DNA of 60,712 bases from the IMG/VR virus record IMGVR_UViG_3300045988_137581, positions 1 to 60,712 of that record. One strand, given 5' to 3'. Made by a program: the position numbers and the translations under genes. The DNA comes from a virus. Shown one piece after another: positions 16,786 through 26,100 of the stretch. A model generated the notes under the pieces. The model ran no database searches, was not told the DNA's origin, and was given only the letters and a program-made list of their open reading frames with translations. Each line of letters starts with the position of its first letter. The first letter of the stretch is position 1.

Positions 16786-17287
16786 TATGCATTGGTCTTG
16801 TTGGACGACTTCTCTTATATAGAGCTCTTAAGATATTTTCTAAACTAACCTTAGCATGAGCGATATATATTTCAGCATCTTCTTTATCTGTTATTGAGAA
16901 CCATTCAGAGAGAGCGGTGTCGACAAGATAAGCGTGGATGCTATTGCCAAGGCTGTCTGCAGATGGATTATTATAATTGCTTGGTAATTTAAACGATAAT
17001 ATCAATGTACCGTTATTATCTATCTCTTGCCCTATTGTATTATCGCTTGTAGTAGTATTCTCCGACAAGTACTCACCAAGCATACTTTTTAGAGCTGTAA
17101 AAGCATTAGCTAACGACCGTTTGAGTTGATAGCCCTCTTCCTCATCATCACTTGCTTGAATATTTGACGCAGCACCAAAATTCTTTGAGCCCTCAGCCTC
17201 TCTTGAAGCTCCGGTTAGGTATGCCTTATTCTGAATGTCATACATCAACTCTTGAACGAGTTGTTTAACAACGATTGTTTGTGTCAT
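16775..17287 (-). CDS. virion-module protein, paralog 2 of 3 (170 aa)
   Basis: QELMYDIQNKAYLTG...IHAYLVDTALSEWFSIT...LYKRSRPTRP. Confidence 0.6.
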   Translation of the reverse strand: MTQTIVVKQLVQELMYDIQNKAYLTGASREAEGSKNFGAASNIQASDDEEEGYQLKRSLANAFTALKSMLGEYLSENTTTSDNTIGQEIDNNGTLILSFKLPSNYNNPSADSLGNSIHAYLVDTALSEWFSITDKEDAEIYIAHAKVSLENILRALYKRSRPTRPMHNGE

Positions 17288-17292
17288 AACGA

Positions 17293-17739
17293 TTAATTGT
17301 TTTGGGGTCTAATTGGTTTCTTCTTAAAAAATATCTTTCGCAAAGTATCGTCTAAATGAATTTCGGCTTGAGCATTATATTCTTTGGCTTCTTCTTTGTT
17401 GGCTATCATGAACCATTTGCCTGTTATATTCATGACAAAAAAAGAAAACAAACTATTAGATATTGTAGCAGTGAGATTTGTATCAAATGCGTTAGATACT
17501 GAAAGTGTTAGTTTCCATAAGTCGTTCTCTTCATTCTCATCATGAAGTACTCTTTTTATGTTTGTACATACTGTATTTTTGCTCTCTTGCCAAAATCTCT
17601 CTAAAATATCTCTGTTTTCGTCTGTCGCAGGGATTCTCTCAAAAGCATCGTCTTCATTTATTTTAGCACCAGTGTAACTGCTGGTCTTTAGCACTTCATC
17701 AAAAACAGTCTCTTTGCTTATTTGTAAGGATATTTCCAT
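17293..17739 (-). CDS. virion-module protein, paralog 1 of 3 (148 aa)
   Basis: FFVMNITGKWFMIANKEEAKEYNAQAEIHLDDTLRKIFFKKKPIRP aligns with the paralogs. Confidence 0.6.
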   Translation of the reverse strand: MEISLQISKETVFDEVLKTSSYTGAKINEDDAFERIPATDENRDILERFWQESKNTVCTNIKRVLHDENEENDLWKLTLSVSNAFDTNLTATISNSLFSFFVMNITGKWFMIANKEEAKEYNAQAEIHLDDTLRKIFFKKKPIRPQNN

Positions 17740-17744
17740 GATAA

Positions 17745-18239
17745 CTATTTAATTAAACTATAAGTCAATCCAATCCCAACGTAAGGAACAAAACTTGGGT
17801 GTTGTTTTATGCTTACTCCATAACCTATTTGCAATCCTATATTCCACCTACGTTTCTTTACGATTGTTGGCGGAATGATGATAATACTATCAAGATTCGG
17901 GTTATATCCACTAATATAAGCTCTGTAAATACTATCCTCATACACCTTCTGTGTTATCGGCAATTCAACCTGCACACTATCCATTACCTCTGCTTCAATA
18001 ACGTTACTATCTCTGTCATCAAATTTCTCCGTCTTTGGAGGCTTTGGAGGCAATCGCACACTGATATATCTAATCACAGTACTATCTTTTGCAACGGGGA
18101 TACAATAACGTACCGTGTCCGTTATCTCTTTTGTCACCTCTACACCACTACGTGGAGCTAATAAGTGCCCAAGAACAACACCCACAGCAAATAAAATGAA
18201 AGTAAATAAAAATAACAACCTAAATGCTTTTGATGTCAT
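17745..18239 (-). CDS. membrane-anchored protein, possible spanin-equivalent (164 aa)
   Basis: N-terminal TM anchor LLFLFTFILFAVGVVLGHLL. Overlaps the amidase gene by 20 nt. Confidence 0.5.
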   Translation of the reverse strand: MTSKAFRLLFLFTFILFAVGVVLGHLLAPRSGVEVTKEITDTVRYCIPVAKDSTVIRYISVRLPPKPPKTEKFDDRDSNVIEAEVMDSVQVELPITQKVYEDSIYRAYISGYNPNLDSIIIIPPTIVKKRRWNIGLQIGYGVSIKQHPSFVPYVGIGLTYSLIK

Positions 18240-18819
18240 TGATGTAACTGATTATTCCGTCCACATGGGTTTTCACTATCGCTTGTTTGCCTTTCTCTGA
18301 CAATAGATACTCTATATCTTGCTTATTGTCCATGAAAAAATTCTCGGTCAACACTGCTACACATTTAGTTCGTTTTAATACATAGAAGTTCTCTTCCCAG
18401 TCAGGGTCGCCATCAGAATAATCTCGACGGATTGTTTGACCAATGAAGTTTTTCCCAGCCTCTGCGTAAAGTTTGGTTGCAAGATTATCGCTATTAGTGC
18501 CACCTTTCGTAGTGTAGGCACTCCAACCTCTTGCTGATTTCCATTCTCCTTTCCCCGCAGCGTTGCAATGAATAGAAAGGAATATCACGTTTTCCTTACC
18601 TATCTTGTCGCACACAGCATTTACACGCCTAACACGTTCTTCGAGAGTTATATCTTCCATCTCGGGGACTATACGTTCTGCGTCTATCCCTAAGGACTTC
18701 AATTCTTTCTCAATGGCTTCTGCAATTTCTCTTGTATATAGGTACTCTCTCAATTTTCCGTCAGGGCTTCTTTTGCCCGGTGTCTCCTTTCCGTGTCCGT
18801 TGTCAATTAGTATTTTCAT
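18220..18819 (-). CDS. N-acetylmuramoyl-L-alanine amidase (Amidase_3-type endolysin, 199 aa)
   Basis: IDNGHGKETPGKRSP and FLSIHCNAAG carry the zinc-ligand motifs of the family. Confidence 0.85.
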   Translation of the reverse strand: MKILIDNGHGKETPGKRSPDGKLREYLYTREIAEAIEKELKSLGIDAERIVPEMEDITLEERVRRVNAVCDKIGKENVIFLSIHCNAAGKGEWKSARGWSAYTTKGGTNSDNLATKLYAEAGKNFIGQTIRRDYSDGDPDWEENFYVLKRTKCVAVLTENFFMDNKQDIEYLLSEKGKQAIVKTHVDGIISYINDIKSI

Positions 18820-18831
18820 TTCTTATCTATT

Positions 18832-19434
18832 TTACTCAGTTAATCTGTGATAAAAGTCAAGCCTAATTCTTGAGTACACAGCCTCCACATTGATAAAAGC
18901 TCGTGAGTTATTAGGTGTCTCTGCATATACTTCACTACCTACGACCTCTGCAACCCAATCAATCCACTCCGGGGAGGTATATTGAGTAAGGGCTTTCCCT
19001 CTGTATCTATGATTATCAAAACGGCTGTTCCTATCCTCATGTAAGTTACAGAGCAATGTGTGAATCTTCGCTTTAGTTGCCTCTTTGTTGATGATATTGT
19101 TCTCTTCTCTCACTCTTTTGATAATACGGCAGACACGTTCAACAGCTAAGTCAAAATAAGCATTAGATATGTTCTTAACCTGTAATAGTGTTGCGGGTCT
19201 CATGCCGTCAGCAATATCATTCAGCAACTCATTCTGCTTGTTGGTCGTTTCTAATAGTTCTACTGTCATCTCGGTGTTGTTTTTGATTGAGCTATCAATA
19301 ATGCTCTTAAACCACTTGAATATTGCAACCCACATCAACAGAGACATGACAATGAATGCAGCACAGATAACTATCATCACGCCATAATCACTGATACCTT
19401 TTGCTACTTCCGTTACACTTTGTATCTCATTCAT
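18832..19434 (-). CDS. membrane protein, holin candidate (200 aa, one N-terminal TM)
   Basis: TM segment YGVMIVICAAFIVMSLLMWVAIF. Sits directly upstream of the endolysin. Confidence 0.45.
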   Translation of the reverse strand: MNEIQSVTEVAKGISDYGVMIVICAAFIVMSLLMWVAIFKWFKSIIDSSIKNNTEMTVELLETTNKQNELLNDIADGMRPATLLQVKNISNAYFDLAVERVCRIIKRVREENNIINKEATKAKIHTLLCNLHEDRNSRFDNHRYRGKALTQYTSPEWIDWVAEVVGSEVYAETPNNSRAFINVEAVYSRIRLDFYHRLTE

Positions 19435-19439
19435 ACTAC

Positions 19440-19916
19440 TTAGCTATTAAACACACTTAAATCAAGACTGTCTTTTTCTCTCCAACCATCATCAATCGCC
19501 TTCTGAATATGCTCCAATGATGTTATATAGAACTCTCGCAATTCATCAATCTCACTGAATGTGTGATACACAGGCTGCTCATCTGTGCCAAACTTAAACT
19601 TTACAGGCAACGATAGTCCGTTTGTCTGCACAGCAAGGTCGTATGCAGCCTTGTAGTTAATTTGGTTTTCTGTGGACAACCAAATAGGCATACCTTTCCA
19701 TATCAAGCTGCACAAAATCCTATCTTCGACATTGTGGTTAATCTGAGCAATTATGATACTCTTTATTTCGTCAAGCGTTGGTTTACGAGTAAAACGTTCC
19801 CTATATGTCCAGCCCGATATACCATCAGTGTCATAGCCGTATATTAGTTCCCATTTGTTGCGACCTATTTTCATTAAGCGGTCGTTTCTCTTGGTAGCTC
19901 CATATCTTTTCTCCAT
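19440..19916 (-). CDS. hypothetical protein (158 aa)
   Basis: ATG ORF preceded by a TATTTTTG box. Confidence 0.55.
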   Translation of the reverse strand: MEKRYGATKRNDRLMKIGRNKWELIYGYDTDGISGWTYRERFTRKPTLDEIKSIIIAQINHNVEDRILCSLIWKGMPIWLSTENQINYKAAYDLAVQTNGLSLPVKFKFGTDEQPVYHTFSEIDELREFYITSLEHIQKAIDDGWREKDSLDLSVFNS

Positions 19917-19937
19917 TGCAATGCATATAAATATCTA

Positions 19938-19945
19938 CAAAAATA
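19938..19945 (-). promoter_or_regulatory. -7 box TATTTTTG (minus strand) upstream of the lysis-cassette operon
   Basis: CAAAAATA on the + strand, 22 nt from ATG 19916. The same octamer precedes the two other minus-strand operon starts. Confidence 0.45.
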
Positions 19946-20090
19946 CCCTATCAGCTCTTTTCAGATTGTTTATCTTGTTACGCAACTATGTGAAACTATA
20001 TTTCACCTTGTTTCCATTAAAGCGTTCACTGACTATTACTGTCTCAAATGGAAAACCACCGTCTTCGACGTCCCTTCAGGGCGGAAATTG

Positions 20091-20135
20091 GAGAGTGAGC
20101 AGACCCATTGAAGGGTCTCTCACTCTTACGTTTTT
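20091..20135. terminator. Strong hairpin downstream of the fibre gene; the T-run is on the + strand side
   Basis: GAGAGTGAGCAGACCC-ATTGAA-GGGTCTCTCACTCT with one bulge, followed by ACGTTTTT. The orientation relative to the minus-strand gene is atypical. Confidence 0.4.
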
Positions 20136-20148
20136 CGCTTTCATCGCT

Positions 20149-23100
20149 TTACTCTATTTCTATTGGCCCGATGAAGGCGAGCCGAGAACCGCAGTACGTG
20201 GCCGAGTTCGAAGATGCGTTAAACGCGCGCGCACAAACGAGACCGAAGTACTCAGACGCATCGCTACCGCCACGACCAACGACACGGCATCTTTCCGCAG
20301 CATAAAAATAACTATCGGTATACCACTGATTGAAATTTGAACTATCTGTAGTAATTCTTGAAGCGATACAATCACAGTAACGACCGAAGCGAACACGACC
20401 AATATTGTAGTATGTCGAGAATGCTTCACAAGCCTGTACAGTACGTTCAGTATCTGTTGCAGGGTCGTAGATATGCCAATATCTATCAACCTTATCCGCT
20501 GTAATCGCAACACCTTTATTCTTTAAGTACGACTTGAAAGATACTACATTTACAGCAACATTGTCAGTCCATTCATAATTGCAGCCTACAAAATTCTGAA
20601 TGCCGAAGATTAAGTTCCCAATACGGCCTCCTCTTGGATATTGGCGAGTTTGATTTCCGTAAGTATTCAACGAGTTTGCCCCTGTTGTGTAACCCGCGTT
20701 GCTACCATAGCCTGCGTATGCCTGTATATCACGTGTCCCGACCAATGCCATTACAAGGTTTGCAATATCCTTGCTCATTTCGTAATCTACTAATTGATAG
20801 CCATTCTTGCGAAACATCGCAAGGTTTTGAAAATCTTTACACGTAAAGTTAGCTATAGCAGGAGCTGACAAATTGGTTACTTTACCATTTTCATCATACG
20901 TCCATTCGGTGCTTGTCTGTGATGTATCTGTACCGACTTTAGTCTTGACACCACTAATAGAGCGAATGCGCATCAGCCCATCAACCGATGCTCCATATAC
21001 ACCGACGAGACGGTCTGTTGTATGTACCCAATCAGGCTCAATAGCTTCAATAGCATTGCTATCGATAGCTATAGTTTCAAGGTCATCTAATCCTGTAAGA
21101 GATGAAAACACAAAACGTTTTGCTCCTTGTGGTACATCACAGAAAATGTACTCGCCGGGCGTGAAGTCAAAAAGCGCATGTGTAACGTGCATATTAAACA
21201 ATGATACGACATTGTCATTCTCGTCCACAAAAGCACCGCCGACAGTACTTGAATTTACGCCGGGGAAACGCACCTGTTTCATGCCCTCAACCTCTATTGA
21301 ATAGGTGTTGTGGTTAGCATTCTCGGTAATGACTAACGGATTTGCAACGCTATTACTATTGATGAATACAGATGACAACTCTTGCAAAAGAATATCGCTC
21401 AGTTTCTTTCTTGTTATCTTGTTGGCAGTACTAATAGGCTTGCCCTCCTGTGATGATGCAAAGAAGTGCTTCTGCTGATTTTTATAGTCGTTCACACCTT
21501 TGTACCAATATGGTTGCAAACGCTTCATAATGTCGAAGCCCTCGCCGGAGGTATCGCTTAAATCGAGTTCTGTTCCGTCCGCATAATAGTTGTAATTATC
21601 ATCACTTAACTGCCGACACTTCATTACTGCTTCATTTGCGTCCCAGATTGCCCTATAAGCATGACTATTTGCTTCTATGCGTGCAAAGTGTCCGCTCTTC
21701 TGATAAGTGTTTCCGAACAAATAGCCTGTTTTATTGTCCATGTTGCTAATGTTAGCACTATCTGCCTCTTCATCATTAAAGATGACCTGCGAGAATTGAG
21801 CATTATAGATATTCAATTCTTTAAAGTAATTTTGCAGTGATAACACCTCACTATCTTCAATAAGTTCCGTCAATATCCATCGTCCTGTAATACCGCTACA
21901 CTGTCCGATTTCATCGTATGCGTTGCCATTCGCATCAAGACCAATACAGCCGCTATTCTTGATACTGCGGAGCATATCAACGCTTGCCGATACATTAACA
22001 TTAGGAATACGTATTGTTTTTAATGCACTTGCCTCTGTAATCTGCTCCAATAAAGTCATGGTATTGATATATGGACAGTTGTTTAGATACACCTTTGCCA
22101 CCTTATCCATACCTGAAATGGTCAGTCCTCCGGGATAGGTTAATTTCGGAAGATTGTTAAGGATAATCTCAGTCATTGTATTAGGCAATGATAGTGTGTT
22201 GATAGGCGATGTCTCTGCAAGTGTGATAGTCGATAGAGATGTATTATCGGCAAACACAGCTACCAAGCGAGGACACTTAGATGCGTTTACCGTCTGCACC
22301 TCTGTATTGCGAATATCAAGTATCGTTAAGAACGGCATATCACCCAAATCAAGATTGGTCATATAACCTGTGTTGCCCGGTGACATCGTCCAATCTACGT
22401 GTGTCTCTCCTCCCAAATACAACTCCTGTAAGAGAGTCATTTTTGATAAGGTGTTACCGAATTGTGGGTCAATGCTTATTTCTTTCAAATCAATCATGCT
22501 CATTCTGTCTGCCTGATATATGTAGAGCATAATGTTCTCTCCGTGTTGGAAATTGCTGAATACGCCATCTTCACCTGCTTGCAGATAGATACCCTCAGTG
22601 ATATTACCGCTATCGTTACCGATACCGAAATATCCTGTCTTGGCAGCTCTGAAACGTATTACTGCACCGTCTTTTGCACCTATACGACCACCTATATAGC
22701 CACTTTCCGCCTTAAAGTCGCCACAACGATAGTAACCGTCTCTGATGCGCCAACGTTGCTCGATAAATGCAGGAAGAGAGGTTAAGCCGAGGCCTTGCAG
22801 AGCGTAGAAATAAATATCGCTATATCCTGTGTACTTGATATATTTGCGTTCTCCGTCAAAACTCGAAACGACTTTTTGCCATTTTTTCAGACGCTCACTA
22901 ACAAAGTAGTGATATGCTCCTTTTGGTGAAAATGGACCAGCACCTATACCAAGTGTATCAGGGAGTGAACGCATAGTATCAGCGATAGAAAGCAATGTAA
23001 TCGTGTTTCCGTTTTGGTCTATATCCATTGTCTGCTGACCCCTGATATTGTTCCAAAGCACTGAACCACGTCCTGCGTATGCACTATTTGTTAAGTCTCC

Positions 23101-26100
23101 CGGGTCAACTTCTGGGTCGATAGTCTGTCCTCCGTCGTTGTCTTTTCCGTTACAGGTATCGCAGTCATACACTTTATTACAATACATCCTTCGGGCGTTC
23201 ATACCATTCGCACCGCTATATACACCGTTTTTAACACTACAACCGTCCTCCAAGAACCACATCGGCTGCATATTCTTCGCCTGCTGGTCAACGGCAGCAA
23301 GATAGTCAGTAAACAGATAGTATGCAATAAGAGAATACGGATTAGCATACTTCCACATCTGCGTTTTCCAAATATTCTGCCATGTATCGGCAAGTTCCTC
23401 CTTGGAATAATCGCAACTATTACAGAATACAAGCATCTGATAAAGGTCGTATGGCACTTTGCGACCCATTGCCAAATCCACTTGTAATTGGTCATCGTCA
23501 ATCATGCACTCGAAATAGCGTGTCCACATCGGATATGTAGGCTGTCCGAGTTTCAGCTTGGTTACCCAAGATGCTTCGGCGGTGGTTGGCTCCATCATAT
23601 CGGCAATGCTACCAATGCCCTGCCACCAATTCAATCCGTCATAACTGAGCAGTTCGTAACCGCTCACAGGATTAAGCACTTTGCCTGTAATCTGCCACTT
23701 GCCGTTTACCTGCTTCATTTCGCCTTCTTGTGCTGTCCATTCGCCGCTTTCATATGCCATAAAGCGGTAGTTTTCTCCACAATAGAGCGACAACAGGTAT
23801 AGTTTATTCTTATTTGTAGTATTATCATTTTTGAAACGCATTTCTATCTCATCAAGCGTTTCGCCCTCTGTTCCGAAGTACTCAACAAATTCGCCATAGT
23901 TCACACAGCCTAAGTTGTACCCCGGTGTATTCTTAAAGCCAAGAGCAATTTGCTCGCCCTTATCCTCCTTCCAATTACCTTTTGCATGGAACCATGCATC
24001 TGTAAGGCTCTCCATCGTAGCACGAAATGCCGCAATAGGGTGATTGGCGGTAGAATGGTTCATCTGAAGCCCTGTCAAGTGAACATCTCCTTTTGTCCAA
24101 GTGCCGTCAAAAGCTCTCTGTGCCGGTGTCATATAGTTGCTGCCAAGCGCACGATAGGTGTCATTCATCATGTCGCAAACGCCGCAGTCGTTCGCCCCTG
24201 AACTATCAGAGTAATCCACTTTTACAGTGATAATGCTTACAGGTATTGAGTTTTCTTCCACTTTAACATATCCGAGTTGCATCAAGTTGTATGAAATCAA
24301 TGCATCGTCATTAGTGTATTCCGGATAAACAGGGGTAACAGCCCACCCACTATTCTTCCGCAAATAGAAGCGGTCATTCTTGATAGGCCGTTTTGCCGAT
24401 GTAGTACCTTGTCGTCTCCATTGAACATTTATCGCTTTAAAGCTACGCCACGGCATTGTCGGGTGGTAATAGTACAGCGTACAAGAAAACTTCTTGCTTG
24501 TGTCAATATCTCCGTCAAACGTATCAAATGTTTGTTGGTCTGCCACAACTACATAATACGGAATACCTCTCTCTGTTAGAGCGTCAAGTGTTGGTCTATT
24601 CTGGCTGTCAAGAACATTTTCTTTGTCAAACTCGGCAATCATGGCTGTGGTATCAGTAAGTTTGCACAAGTAGTTCTGAAAGGCTTGCGACCATTCATAG
24701 TGGCTGTCGTATGCAAGTACGTAATAAAGGTATAAGTCGCCGTCTGTCCCATTGAATTTAATAGTTTTACTGCTGAGGATTGCACCGCTGTTGCTGATGT
24801 AGCCGATACAACCGACCTCCTCACCGTCTAAGTACATCTTGATGCAAGAATAACTGCTTCCTCCACGAGTTACATAGATTGTGGACGGCTCAACAACTAT
24901 CGCCATAGTATGTTTCTCGCCGCAACGAAAACGCCGTTCTACTAATGCAGGCTGTCCTGTCTTGCAGAAGATAGTAGCACTATTGCCACACACATAGAAA
25001 CCAGCTCCGGTATCGGGGTCATAACACTCAATGAGTTTTGCATTCGCTGCTTTTATGTTCTTCGTTGCAAATGCGAATTGAAAAGCACATCCTGTGGTAC
25101 GTTCTACTGCTGAATTGCCAAATGGAGTATAGTCTGTTATCTCTGCCGTTACGTTCTCTGCTATTCTCAAACAACGCTCTCCAAGGTAGTCCACAAAACC
25201 ATTACTCGAATAGTTCGAACCATGCACAACCATTTCCACGCCATTGTTTTTAATAGTGTGGTCGCTCTCGCTGTTGCTACGGTTTGCAAAATCAAATCCG
25301 AACAAAGCACCGTCCTTTATGACAGCCCCGATAGCACTACCCATAACAGTTACTTTAATCTCATTTGTTGATACACTGCCGCTCTCGGCGTGTACAATAA
25401 TACTCTCAGTGCCATCAGTACGGTAGCCCTGTATCTGTTTGTTTACCTTGATTGTTTCAGCAATCATAGCATTTACCGAAGTTACAAGTTCATTACCATA
25501 ATACACATCGATGGGCGTTTCTGTCTTACCCGATGTGTATGCTGCAACCTCGACACTTAGGCTATCGTACAGACGTAAAGTACCGTTGTTGGTATCATTG
25601 AAACGGATAGCGACAATCGGAGTACTATTGTTTGCATCAACACACATGATAGTAGAGTAGATAGTGTTGCCTCTTACTCCCGATTTTATCTCCACTCCAT
25701 AGATACGTACAGGATAGGCACCATGCAAAAGCCTTTCTCCGCCACCAAACACATCGCTCGGATTTACAGAAATACTCTTAGTATAACTGTCGCTGACTGT
25801 AGCCTCGCCCAACTTCTTCCATTCGCCGTTATAGAGCATTTCAACGACTGCAAGTATAGAAGATGAGTTATTTGGGAACTTATAGAACTGACCTATGTTT
25901 TTAGACGAGCCGCCAACAGTCAATGCGGTACTGCTTGTGTAGTTGAGTGCCATAGGCTGCTCTACAGTTACATCAACAGCAACAATAGTAATAGCTTTCT
26001 TCTTTATGTTGCCGTCAGCATCACTTGCCTGCACAAAGAAACTCTTTGATGCTGCACTGCTGAAGTATTCAGTAAAGTTTAATTGAAATTTGTAATCAGT

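Noticed and set aside
19855-20340. 161-aa + strand ORF spanning the 19917-20148 intergenic region and the fibre gene 3' end
   Set aside because: It starts inside the upstream minus-strand gene and overlaps the fibre gene's C-terminal codons. It runs through a terminator-like hairpin and has no supporting signal.
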